A stretch of 63,246 nucleotides of DNA, filler included, from Cercozoa sp. M6MM (taxonomy: Eukaryota > Protista > Endomyxa: Ascetosporea): the NCBI GenBank assembly GCA_040357565.1. It is 9 parts of 9 records of this genome, joined end to end, with 100 filler letters (N's around TTAATTAATTAA, not from the genome) between each part and the next. Parts side by side here need not be neighbours in the genome. Positions count along the whole stretch, not along the records: positions 39,123 to 53,734 come from JBDODJ010000329.1; positions 53,835 to 57,321 come from JBDODJ010001431.1; positions 57,422 to 60,710 come from JBDODJ010001524.1; positions 60,811 to 61,998 come from JBDODJ010002128.1; positions 62,099 to 63,246 come from JBDODJ010002149.1; 4 more parts are not named here. One strand, 5' to 3'. A program made the translations under genes and the position numbers. A model generated the notes under the pieces. That model was not told where the DNA came from. It saw nothing but the letters and a program-made list of their open reading frames with translations, and did not search any database. Below are positions 51,933-63,246 of this stretch, in pieces (position 1 is the stretch's first letter; each line of letters starts with the position of its first letter).

Positions 51933-52902
51933 CGGGTTTCGTGTGCCGTCGCTCAGCTGGGAGTGCGAGCACCGGTGCTGGTGGCGCTCAACAAGGACGA
52001 AGCCGCGCTGTCGCAGCTGCCGGCCGAAGTGATGTCGCACATTGACAGTAACACAGTTTCCTTTCATGTTGAGTACTCCTCTTATTTGGTGTGTCTTGTC
52101 TGCAGCTGCGATCGAAGAGATCCGACGCGATTCGCATACCGAGGTATCCCCTGTCCTTGCTGTCTCGGCCATCTGTGTGTTGTATGTGTGTCACCTGTGT
52201 ACCACCTGTGTCCCACGTGTGTGTAGATGGTCGTGCAATGCAGTGCTGCCGAGTTGCGACACAATGACCTGGTTCGCCAGCGCTACCTTATCCAGCTTCG
52301 GTTGTTAGCGTGCTGTTATCTGTTTGTGCAGGTGGCGCATATCGAAGCTGCCGCGCAGTACCCGGTGTCGCCCCTCCTAAACCGGTACACACGACCCCTT
52401 GGATTTGACCAGAGCAGACCAGCAGACCCGTGCGTGTGCATGCACAGTGCCACGCGCATGCTGCAGCCGTCGTTCGCGCGAGCACTGAAGCGCGTCTTCT
52501 TCCTCTCCGACAGTGACAGGTAGAGGCGCATTGTGCTCTTTGTGTTTCCGTGTGTATGTGTTGGCTGATGGTTGACTGGTGTGACTGGTGGCAGCGACGA
52601 TCGCATCGATCTGCACGAGCTGCAGGTGCTCCACGACCGCATCTACGGTGCCTTCCTGTCCTGTGTGTGACTATGTGAGTGTACGCCAAGGTGTGTTGCT
52701 CTTGCTCTGACTGGTTGGCTGGACAGGTGCTCAGTGCGACCTGCAGACGGCAACGGCGCTAGTGCATTCGCTCGCTGTTGAGAACGACCAGTGCGTCGAG
52801 GGCGGCAAGCTGACCTTCCTCGGTCTGCTGTACCTCATGCGACAGTTCCTGCTGCAAGGTACCAATGACTACCTGTCTGGGGACAGAGGGGAGACAGTAC
52901 TG

Positions 52903-52951
<49 letters not shown>

Positions 52952-53430
52952 GGCCAGGTGACGCGCAGAACGTGTGGACTATGCTGCGTGTCTTTGGCTA
53001 CAACGCGCGTCTCGAACTCGACGCGGCGTACCTCAGTGCTCTTGTTGCGTGTACTGTGGCTTCTCTCGCTGTATGTGTGTGCGTGTTTGCACAGCGGTAT
53101 TCCGGACCTGCCTGCCTGCGACGACACCGAGGTGACACGCCTTGCTTGCACAGATAGATAGACGTACGTGTGTGCGTGGACAGGTGCTGCAGCTGCAGCC
53201 GCACGTGTATGCATGGCTGACGGCGCTGTTCCTGCGCAACGCCGACCGCACGCTGGCGCAGGTGCCGCCGAGCGACGGCCGTTTGCCGCCAGAGCAGTAC
53301 AGTATGACGCGTGCTCGTCTCGTCGACTTGTTCAAGATCGCGCCGCAGATTCCCTTCGCAGACGACTACGCCGACACGGTCGAGTCGCGGTACTTTCGGT
53401 TCTCCCTCCAGTGCCATTGCTTGTTTCCAG

Positions 53431-53487
<57 letters not shown>

Positions 53488-53497
53488 NNNNNNNNNN

Positions 53498-53546
<49 letters not shown>

Positions 53547-53676
53547 GAACGGCGAGCTGACGCTGCGCGGCTGGCTGTCGCTGTGGGCCTCGCTGGCGCA
53601 CGACGAGCCGGCACTGTGCATGCGCTTCCTCGTCTTCTTTGGCTTTTTCTTCGGGCAGCACGAGGACCTGGTCAAG
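51189..53676 (+). CDS. RHOT: Mitochondrial Rho GTPase Miro (nGTPase and EF-hand/LM regions); 3'-truncated
   Basis: VFVGD|AQVGKTSLI, PVLVALNKD, VQCSA, YPVSPL, ALKRVFFLSDSD|SDDRIDLHEL, LTFLGLLYL...W.MLR.FGY, G.LTL.GWLSLW. Confidence 0.92.
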
Positions 53677-53684
53677 TACGCGCA

Positions 53685-53734
<50 letters not shown>

Positions 53735-53989
53735 NNNNNNNNNNNNNNNNNNNNNNNNNNNNNNNNNNNNNNNNNNNNTTAATTAATTAANNNNNNNNNN
53801 NNNNNNNNNNNNNNNNNNNNNNNNNNNNNNNNNNCTTGGGTAATTAAACACGGGTGGGACCGAATGTTTTTGCGCTTTTTTGCTTTTTTTTGTCGGTTGC
53901 ATATTTACGATATCGCTGGTTAATACAGGTACCCCCCCCCCCCCCGCTCCCTGTTTCTGTACCCTCTGTGAATGTGTGCTATTTGACAG

Positions 53990-56963
53990 TGCCTGGTGTG
54001 AGCCGCTGTGGGACGTACTGAACGACGACAAGGCGGACGAGGAGTCGCAGTCGGAGCCAGAGCTGACGCAGGACGAGACGCGAAAAATGCAGCGTCGAAT
54101 GTCGCCGCCGAAATTCGAGCCACTCAGTGAAAGCTCCTTGCGTCCGGCCGTCGGTTTCAGTTGTACCGCCCCTGCCCGTTTGGACCGTACCTTTTGTGTT
54201 ATATTGTGCTTGTGTTGTACAGTTGTACAGGAGGAGCAGGAAGAAGATACGACGAACGAAGGAGAAGAGGAAGAAGAAGCTGGCGCGAACGAAAGCACCG
54301 ACGAGAGTTTCGACGGCAAAAGAAACGACGACGACGATGATTACGGCTTCAGCGACTTTGACGATCGAGACGAACCGGCCAGTGCAACGCCACGTGATCT
54401 CCTCTACGGTACTTTTCTGACCACGTGATCACTGTGTGATCACTCTGTGTGGTCTACTCTGTGGTCACTGTGGTCTACTCTGTGTGGTCTACTCTGTGGT
54501 CACTTTCTGACACTGTGCAGTGATTCGCAATGCCTCACGCGACAAGACACCGGAACCTGCCAAGCCGCAGGGTATGTGTACTTGTCCCGCCCCTCTGTAT
54601 TTTGTCCTGTTTTTTATCTGAATGTTACAGTCAAGATCCCGCCGTTGAAGATGCCGTCTCCGCAGCACTCGTCTGTGCGGTACTTGAGCCTTGAATCCTC
54701 CCCTACACTCCCTTAATTACCCCCTTTACCCCTTAGTTTGGAGTGGCTGGAACGCACGCCCGAGTTGAGTGCGATGTCGTCGCCCGACACACATCACCAG
54801 CACCTGTCGCCAAACCTCATGGTACATTTGGACTACATTTGTACCATGTGCCCCTTTAACGAATAATAAACCAGTCGATCGTTTTGGTGCTGTAGCCACT
54901 GTCACTGGATCCGTCGGTACAGGTATTGTCGCCTGCCGAGAAGGACGCCATGGGCCGTCGGCTCTTCAGTTTTGAGAAGTCGATCACATCGGTAGCTTTG
55001 AACTCGCAATAGTGGATCGTTCATTTGGACCGTCCTGTTTGTACTGTGGTTTTTTAATTAAAGGGCGACGCCTCGCCGAGTGTGCTGGAGCACCTCCAGG
55101 GCGGCAGCACGACAGTGGACACCACGAGTGATCGTATCGACAACTTCAGTGATCGCACTGATGGCTACGGTGACGGTGACGGTGACAATGACGGTGATGA
55201 TACCAGTGACGACGGTTTCGCACTCGTACGCACTCGCGAGCGCACCGGCGCGCTGCAGCGGCAGGCTGAGGTTAGCCATCAGCTTTTCCCCTTGTTATGA
55301 CCCTACCCCGTTAATGTATGAGCAGTTGGAAATGAGCAAGATGCGGTACCGCGTGGCACTGTACATCCAGATGCAACTCTGCGGCTGTGGCACGGTACCA
55401 GCTTTCTGTGTATAATGGGTATTGGCTACTCTCGTGTTACTCGGTGTGTGCTTGCAGTTGAGAAACTGGTGCGACGAACCGACACGAAAGACGCTGCACA
55501 GCATGCCTGTGGTACACTCCTTTCTTTTCTTGTCCTGTCATATTTCATCTGTGTGTTATGTGTGTCTGAAACAGGCGATTTCAATATTTGCGCAAGTGCT
55601 CAAGGCGGTTGCACACGTGCATCAGCACAACCTTGTACACAGAGATATTAAGCCGAGCAATGTTTTTTTGAGCGACACTGACGGCATCAAGCACAACACT
55701 GACACCGGCAACAGCGACAACAGCAGCAAAAACGACGAGAGCCACAAATTTTGCACAACGCGTAAGGTACGACCTTGTCTACTCAAACAAACCCGGTTTG
55801 TATTTGTTTTGGAACAGCTTCACGTGAGACTGGGCGATTTCGGTCTGGCCAAACCTGTTGAATTTCATGGTATGGCTCGATTTTTTCTTTTATTTATGAT
55901 AACTTTCGCGCACTTCTGATCAATCTTTCGGACAAACAGAAAAAAGGTCCGGTGGCGTGGGCACGCGAATGTACGCTGCGCCAGAGCAGCTTGAAGGCCA
56001 CCCGGCCACGCCAGAATCTGACATGTTCTCAGTCGGCCTGTTGTTGGCAGAATCCTTGATGCCGCCCTTTCGCACTGTACGTTTGTCTCTGATCGTGTGT
56101 CAACAGTAAGATGTATTTTTGATCAAATGAATGCAAAATTCAATGTCAGGGCATGCGACGTGCCGAAGCACTGATCGAGCTACGAAAAAACAATCTGCCA
56201 CAAGAGTTGCTTGAAGACCCGTACCACACGGCATTTTTCAGTTTGACTGTTGTTCTCTTGAGAGTGTGCCTTGCAGATCGATCCCGCCCGAGTTGCTTGA
56301 TGTGGTGCTTGAACTGACGTCAGCCGATGCCGCGCTTCGTCCTGATGCTCAGGCATGTCTTGTGTTTTGCAGTTTAGGGTCAGCTTTTTCTAAATTTTTG
56401 TTTCGCAGGAATTGTTAATCCGTCCGACGTTAGCTTCGATCTTTCGATCAGTGGAAGCCTACCTGTCAGCCGTGTCGAACATGGAGTTGCGCGCGCAGCT
56501 GCCGGCGGCATTTAAAGGCAGCCAGAACAGTCACGTCAACATTGGCACGATCCTGCCGCGTCGAAGGCGTCTCAAGTTGTCGCGCAGAGGTGTGTTTGTG
56601 CTTGTTTTAGTGTATCTGGTTCGGCTTAAACATGCACTTGTTGCGTATAGGCTCGGCAAACGATTTACAGCGCGAACTTAAGCGAAAGGGGAGTCGAAGA
56701 GAGGCTTTGCAGGTACCCAACTGGCTTCTTGCGTTAAAGTTAGACACTCTTGTGTACCCGGACTGTAGGTACGTAAGGCACTCGAAGCCGATTCAAAGAA
56801 CTTCTTGTCGATGGAAGTGACGCGACTGCGCAACGAACTGCAGCTGCGCGACAATCTAATCGCTGTGCTGCGACAGACTGTGTTGCGGGAGAATGAAGAG
56901 AACGAGCGACTGAAACGGCTCCTTCGCGAGCACAATATTGACCCCTCAACCGGCAGCGATTGA
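53990..56963 (+). CDS. eIF2-alpha kinase (HRI/PEK-like) with long acidic kinase insert and C-terminal coiled coil; 5'-truncated
   Basis: SAWCE, long insert, LYIQMQLC, L.NW, IFAQVLKAVAHVH...VHRDIKPSNVFL, LGDFGLA, GVGTRMYAAPEQ, SDMFSVG, PFRT|GMRRAE.L..LR. Confidence 0.9.
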
Positions 56964-57074
56964 GTCAATTGAAGGGCCCGGGCCACCGACCGTGGCTGTG
57001 CCGAATCAACCAATTGCATGCGCGCATTCAGTCAGCGCAGCTGTTACAGACTGACAACCGTCCTCGAGAACCGG

Positions 57075-57321
57075 TTTTGAGTAACTCGAGTAAATTACGC
57101 TCAGCGACATGAATTACTCGGATTACTCGAACAATTACTCGAGGTACTCGCATAATACTCGAATTACTCGCGAAATTTTGAGTAATCCGAGTAAATTACG
57201 CTCAGCGACACGAATTACTCTGATTACTCTACTATTACTCTGATTACTCTACTGTTACTCCAGTTACTTGATAGTTACTCGAGTTACTCAACGAATTACT
57301 CGAGTTACTCAACGAATTACT
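57075..57321. repeat. Degenerate ATTACTC/GTTACTC satellite with a ~45-bp direct repeat and inverted GAGTAA units, running off the contig end
   Basis: TTACTC core every 9-12 bp; TTTTGAGTAA..CGAGTAAATTACGCTCAGCGACA.GAATTACTC at 57075 and 57176. Confidence 0.9.
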
Positions 57322-57451
57322 NNNNNNNNNNNNNNNNNNNNNNNNNNNNNNNNNNNNNNNNNNNNTTAATTAATTAANNNNNNNNNNNNNNNNNNNNNNN
57401 NNNNNNNNNNNNNNNNNNNNNCCCCATACTTTCCTTACCCTCTCCCCCGCA

Positions 57452-58232
57452 GACACGAGAATGGAGGTAGCAGGCGGCACCGTGACGCGTATCAGCAGCG
57501 ACAGCGAGAGCTCGAGTGTCACGTCGCAGGGCACAACATCGCAAGGCACGGCGGGAAGCACTACGGAAGCTTCCGAGAAAAGTCCGGAAGTTTCTCAGAC
57601 GTTTTTGGAGACTGAGGAGAGTGCAGGAACGTCGCAAGAAACGTCGCAAGAAACGTCACAAGAAACGTCGCAGGAACCGCCGCGGAAAAAGCGACGACGA
57701 CGGCCGCGCAAGAGCGGCTTGTGCAACGCGCGGCGCTGCGCCTGCGCTGCCGTCGCAAAGTGCCGCTGCGCCAACTCGGCCGGCTGGAGCGCTACGCCGT
57801 GGTATCCCCCCTGGTTACCCCCTGTTTACTTCCCTGTTTACTTCCCTGTTTACCCCCCCCCCTTCTCTGTACCCCCAGGACGGTGGCAGAACTAGCGGCC
57901 ATTCACACACTGGCGGATCAGTGTCACGGCATGCCGATACCTGCTGTAGGCTTTCCATTTGACCTTGTACTCTCTGTTCTCAAGTACGCGTGGTCTGTTA
58001 GGCCGTGCTGCGACGCGTGTTGTTTCGTTACCCAAGCAGCAGCGGCAGCGAGCGACTCCTGGCCTCGGAGGGCGACTTTGTGCAGCCGTGTCGCTCGCTA
58101 GGCGAGGTGGCCAAGCAGTTCCGACTCTTTGGCGGTCGGCTCGCCTCCGTGCCGGCGCTGCCACCGCTCGCTAGCGCACGCAGCACTAGCACCAGCGTGA
58201 ACAGGAACATTGACAGACGAAAAGTTGACTAG
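57452..58232 (+). CDS. 3' part of a nuclear protein (SQET repeats, NLS, Cys cluster, possible SANT/Myb-like domain)
   Basis: PPRKKRRRRPRK; C...C.C....C.C; PW|TVAELAAI...RSLGEVAKQF resembles SANT helices. Exon joins are tentative. Confidence 0.4.
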
Positions 58233-58524
58233 CTTGAAGATAATTCGATTAATCATAAATTTACTGGAGACAACCAAACTGGCAGTGTCGAAACAACATC
58301 AAAGCGAATTGTGCTCAAATATCAATCTCTTATCAGTGCTGGGTACATTAATGACCGTGTAGTGTACAGTACAATAACTGATAAGGCGACGGCGTTCAAG
58401 TTTTATTCAGGCTCAAGAAATCCATGATCCCATGTTGCGGGTCGAGGGCGAGCCGGACAGGACCGGCGCAGAAAACCGACGCAAAGCGACCAGCCAAGGG
58501 CAGTGTTTCGCGTTCGTGCCGACG

Positions 58525-59038
58525 ATGCTGTCGAAGGCGGGACGGCTGGCCGCTAGGTGCGCCACCAGTATTTGTTTTTGTTGGGCTTGCCGCGGCAGAT
58601 TGCATCGCGGACACTTCCCGGTGGCGCGTTACGATGCGCAGCAGTGCCTTTGTGTCATCAGAAGTGCGCGTGCTCTGTTTCTGGGCCGATAAGTGCCCCG
58701 ATCTTGAAATTTAGGAGTGTTGGAGATCAGCTTTTTTTGTTGTGGTTTCTCTGAGTTGGTTTCGTGTTGTGTGATCGGCATCTTGTCTGGGCAGTGCGAC
58801 GGGTCGTCGATCGGTCGCACAGCGCGGCCGAGGAGCCGCTCGATCAGGTAAACGTGTTTTTCTCCGTGCTGCATCATGCTGACTGGAGTATGATTATTAT
58901 CTTGTGCTTGTGCAGCAAGAGGAAGAGGAACTCCAAGACGCGGTGCTCGTGGTGGCGGTCGAGGTGGTCGGGGCGGTCGAGGTGGCCGGCAAGGCGCTCC
59001 CCGCGAAGCATATGCCACACATACCAACAACGTAACAC

Positions 59039-59093
<55 letters not shown>

Positions 59094-59100
59094 GTGTGTG

Positions 59101-59148
<48 letters not shown>

Positions 59149-60678
59149 GCGTATGTGTGTGCGCGTGTGTGTGCAGTGGGCTGCCGTGACGCAGCCTGAC
59201 AAGGGCAATCCTGTGAGCTCGGCTCCTGCCACGGAGCGTGCCGTCGAGGCTGCCCGCGAGCAAAGTACGCTGTCGAAGCGCATGGTGGCGCGCAGCGCGA
59301 CGGCTGATGGCGAGCATGTCGTGCAGGAGCCGTTCACGGCTTCCAACGCCGTCACGGCGGGTTCGCGCGTCCTTGCCTCGCAGGTAGCCTTGCTTGTTCT
59401 GCCCCACTGCTACCTATTTGGTTTTGACTGTTTGTCTGCCTTTCTGCTGCCTAGTTTTCAGACCCTGCCGACTCGCAGAACGCGCTGCACAAGCTCAAGA
59501 GCGGCAGCTCTAACGATGCGTCGAACATCTACCTGGCCTCGTTGGTGCGATCCTTTCGCTGCTGCTCCCTTGTGTTTGTGCTTCGGTATAACTCTGTGTG
59601 GTATGATCGCAGGGTGACGCCGTCGCACGTCGCGAGGCGCATCTGGACGTCATGGGAGGTGACCGCTGGGCCAGCGAAATCGATCCTCTGCCGAGTCGTG
59701 TGCCGAACGCGCGTGCGCTGGGTGTGGGCCCCTCGGCGCAGCACGGCTTCCAGTTGCCAACGCCGCGCCAGGAGGCCAACCGTGTGCTGTCACGGGTGCC
59801 ATTGAGTCTTGATCTGGGCATGCACTAGGCCTGTTGTATGGTTGTATGTCGGTATCGTGCAGGATCCCAAGCTGGACGGCACGCCCAAGGAGTTCTCGCG
59901 CCAGGCGGCCGAGCCGACGCGGTTCCGTCCGACGCGCGCCAAGCAGCTCGCTTACGTGGAGGGCGTGAGCGGCCTGCGCACGCTGCGCATCAACCGTCCG
60001 CATGCGCGCAACGCGCTGAACCTCGAGCTGACGCAGCAGCTGATCAACGAGCTCAAGACTCTGGAGAAGGACGACAGCACCAAGGCCATCGTGATCCGCG
60101 CGGAGGGCCCCGACCTCGGTGTCGGTGTCGATGTGCTCGAGCTGTACCGCCTCAAGAAGGAGAGCGGCATGCAGGCCGTGGCCTACCTGCTGCAGAAGGT
60201 GCACGAACTCGTCTACACGGTGGCCACCTTCCAGAAGCCTGTTGTGGTCGAGATGCAGGTAGTCTGCTGCCTATCTGCTGCCTATACCTCCCCCCATTGC
60301 TCCCCTGACTACCTTGGTCTGGTAGGGCCAAGTGAGTGGCGCCATGATGTCGCTGGCCGCCTTTGCCGACGCGCGTATCGTGGACGGCACCGTGACGGCG
60401 TCGGCCAACCAGTCGCAGCTCGGCCTGTGGCCCGATGCCGGTCTGTCCTACTGGGCGGCGCGCCAGCCGGGCCTGACTGAGACCGAGCGACGCCTTGTGC
60501 TCGCTGGTGCTCCGCTCAACGCGAGCGACGTCCTGTGCACGGGTACACTTGCCCCGCCCCGTCTTATACCTACCCAACCCTCCTTGCCTGTATCACTACC
60601 CACCCCTTCCAGGTCTCGGCTCGCACACGATGGTGCCGGGTGCAATGGAGGCGATGCTGCAGCGTGCTGAAGAGACGG
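58525..60678 (+). CDS. HIBCH-like crotonase-fold protein with long N-terminal extension (mS47-like candidate); 3'-truncated
   Basis: MLSKAGRLAAR presequence; RTLRINRPHARNALNLEL, IVIRAEG, VATFQKPVVVEMQ|GQVSG, QLGLWPDAGLSYW, LVLAGAPLNASDV...GL. Confidence 0.78.
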
Positions 60679-61060
60679 TATGCCCTCCCCCACTCCGTTA
60701 GTATCTATGTNNNNNNNNNNNNNNNNNNNNNNNNNNNNNNNNNNNNNNNNNNNNTTAATTAATTAANNNNNNNNNNNNNNNNNNNNNNNNNNNNNNNNNN
60801 NNNNNNNNNNCACATCGCTTCCATTGTAGCTTTACACACCAACGCACTCTCTCTCTCCCGGTGAGCCCCAGACGCACATTGAGTGCAGGTGGCTCCCTTG
60901 CGGACCAGGTTCCCCTTCGACGCGCTCACTGTGCTGTGCTCGCAACACGAGGTCGAGGCGCATCTCCTGTGCCGTGGGGTAAACCTACATGTACAGCTGC
61001 CATCCTTGGTCTGTCAACCGAGCACTGTGCTGTCGCACGTGTGGGCTTGCCGCAGGGCAG

Positions 61061-61887
61061 GTTCGTGTGGGCGCCCTACACGCAGGCGTGTGCCACAGAG
61101 CGAGACTCTCCGAACGCGCAGCTCGATGCCTGCGGCACCGACGACGACTGTCTCCTGCTCGGGCCGGTGGGTGGTACTGCACAGCCGGAGATGCCAGTCG
61201 CAGACACGGGCGACACGACGCGAACGCACGTGTGCCGAGGTGACCGCATCGCAGCCGCGAACTTTACCGACAGCAACAGCACGAGGTAATTTACACGGAG
61301 TAGCTGCGCCCTGTCCTGTGCCTTTCCGGCGGCACTCAGTGTGTTCCCTGTGGCTGGCTGGCATGGCCGCTTTACTTGCAGCATCGCGGACCTGGTGCGC
61401 GCCAGCGCCCGGCAGCAGTACTGCCAGTGCAACACAGCCACTGCCGTGTCTGCCCGCGCTCACGAGTACCCGTCGTGCGACCGGTGCGCCGACCTGTTCT
61501 TTGCCTCGGGCCGTCAGTGCACCACATGTCCCGTACGTACTTTGCTCTCGCTTGCTCGCGCACACTGCGCACAGTGCAGCAGTGCGTGTCGCACAGTATA
61601 GTATCTTGCGTGTACTGCACCGCACCGTACACCGCACCGTACACTGTACCGTACCCTCGTGTGCACAGTGCGCATACCGAGATGGCGTGCTGGACGGCAC
61701 GTGCTCGGCGGTCGGCAGTGCCGGCGTGCAGTGCGCCTGCAAGGCAGGCTACACGGGCACTGTGTGCGAAGTGCACGCTGGCGCCAGTGCGTCTGCAGGC
61801 GCTGCCGTCGGTGCCGACACCACCAGCAGCACCTCGGGCGCACGCGACACGAACCTCACCGACACCTGTGTGGGATCGGCCGGCTTT
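61061..61887 (+). CDS. Extracellular Cys-rich protein fragment with EGF/laminin-EGF-like repeats
   Basis: CQC...CDRCADLFF....CTTCP|C....GTC......QCACKAGYTGTVCE. Confidence 0.65.
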
Positions 61888-61893
61888 GTGAGT

Positions 61894-61939
<46 letters not shown>

Positions 61940-62169
61940 CTGTGCCACCCATGTCGCTCGTGCTGAGCAGTCCACCGGTGTGTGTGTGTGTGTGTGTGNN
62001 NNNNNNNNNNNNNNNNNNNNNNNNNNNNNNNNNNNNNNNNNNTTAATTAATTAANNNNNNNNNNNNNNNNNNNNNNNNNNNNNNNNNNNNNNNNNNNNCT
62101 GGCACTGCATGGAAGAGGGGGGGGGGGAGGGTAAAAGGAGGCTAAGGTAGGGTCAAAGGAGGGTAAACA

Positions 62170-63035
62170 CAAGGCACGTGTCAACGAGGACGACGTGTCG
62201 CTGTCGCTGTCGCTTTCACTCGACAAATACACGGAAGAAACGCTGCTGTCGTTATCGTCTTCTTCGTCCAAATCTTCTTCTTCCTCGTCGTCATTGCCGT
62301 CGCTCAATGCTGCACAACCTTCATACTCCCTGCCACCCCTGCCCTGACAGTCACAAGAACACACCGAGAGCGTCGAAAAGTGGCGACGGCAAATCCGGTC
62401 GCAACAGTTTTCGCAGCGACCGTTCTCGTGACGTTTCTGCCTCTGACGCACACAAACGCAAACACACCCAAAGTGTAATCTTGCTGTTACAAACACCAAC
62501 AAGCAAAAAGCAAAAAAAAAAAAAAAAAAAAAAAAAACGCTCAGAAGATACAAAAAGTCCGAACAACAAAAGCGAGCCACACCTCGTGCTATGGGCACTA
62601 TTGGCGGCGTGGCGTGGCGAACACTTCGTTTAGGAAACTCTGCACACCAAGAAGCACTCTCGTAGCCCGTGTTGCAAAAAAGAAAAACACATATCGATAC
62701 TGAAATCCGAGAAAGCAGCTTCGAATTCCGAGTCGAAATCGCGCGTCTGGAGCTGCCGCTGCTCAAAAAACACTAAGGTTGGGACACTTTTGGACCGAGC
62801 GGATCTCGAAAAAAAACGCTATTTTACGTGAATGCGCGCGTGCAGTTTCTGAGCGATTTGCAAAGCCGAAGCAGCCGGCGCCAGCAATCGCTGTTAAGTT
62901 GGACGCACATGTTTTGCCAAAAACAACTGAAGAACTGAATAAAGAAAATAAACCAGATCTGTGAGTGACGCGGGGCCTAGCAGTGGCGGAATCTCGCGTG
63001 TGAGGGCCGCGAGACCGCTCTCATCATGATCTAAT
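62170..63035 (-). CDS. Exons of an unidentified gene with an acidic tract; truncated
   Basis: Exon-like segments with GT-AG ends (DHDESGLAALTREIPPLLG..., CENCCDRIC, DDEEEEDLDEEDD). Confidence 0.4.
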
Positions 63036-63246
63036 CAAAATGCCCAAGTTGTCGAAATATCTTTTCCGTTTCTCAGTGCAGAAACATGAGCAAACTGTAC
63101 TGTTGTCACTGCCAGAGCTGTCGGTGTTGCGTGTGTTGTGCAATGATAGCTCTGCTCGCAACACAGTCTCAAAGCAAAACACAAAGCCAGAAAAAGCGAG
63201 AAAAACCGTCCATAAGTTTCGTTTTGATGTCTGTGCTTTTCGACAG

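Noticed and set aside
57075-57321. CRISPR array
   Set aside because: Only two copies of the long repeat, the spacer is itself repetitive, the context is eukaryotic and no cas genes are present.
6248-60678. Fatty-acid oxidation or peroxisome gene cluster (PEX6, ACOX, two crotonases)
   Set aside because: These genes lie on different concatenated contigs; only ACOX and enoyl-CoA hydratase share one, which is not enough.
1-63246. Stop-codon reassignment as the reason for fragmented ORFs
   Set aside because: In the genes traced by hand, in-frame stops fell in spliceable introns, and TAA, TAG and TGA each end a conserved gene.

Overview
Intron-dense nuclear DNA of a unicellular eukaryote. It uses the standard genetic code (TAA, TAG and TGA all occur as real stops) and encodes both mitochondrial and peroxisomal proteins. 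The window is not one locus. Eight 100-bp N-TTAATTAATTAA-N linkers join nine unrelated contigs, so gene order across linkers means nothing. The supplied ORF track is mostly uninformative because the genes are cut every ~50-150 nt by short (~47-75 nt) spliceosomal introns. Splicing by hand recovers about 25 genes: DIS3-family exoribonuclease (two halves in opposite orientation), PH-domain protein, PEX6, SV2/SVOP-type MFS transporter, bacterial-type organellar HisRS, alpha/beta hydrolase, tetraspanin-like protein, PhnP-like MBL hydrolase, MLO-like protein, LAS1, a diacylglycerol kinase 3' end, a large Cys-rich multipass receptor-like protein, enoyl-CoA hydratase, acyl-CoA oxidase, holocytochrome c synthase, DUF2817 peptidase-like protein, Miro, an eIF2-alpha kinase, an HIBCH/mS47-like protein and several unknowns. 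The most interesting observations are these. (1) An unannotated ~130-165 bp non-coding element occurs twice on different contigs (12680-12845 and 46389-46520) with collinear invariant blocks and hairpins; it is a candidate ncRNA family or small mobile element. (2) An MLO protein appears fused to a voltage-sensor-like 4-helix module. (3) Strand-polarised (TTACCCC)-type arrays fill many introns. (4) GTAC-type donors are common and GC-AG introns occur, one splitting the LAS1 catalytic Arg codon. All gene models are manual and unverified by search or RNA data.
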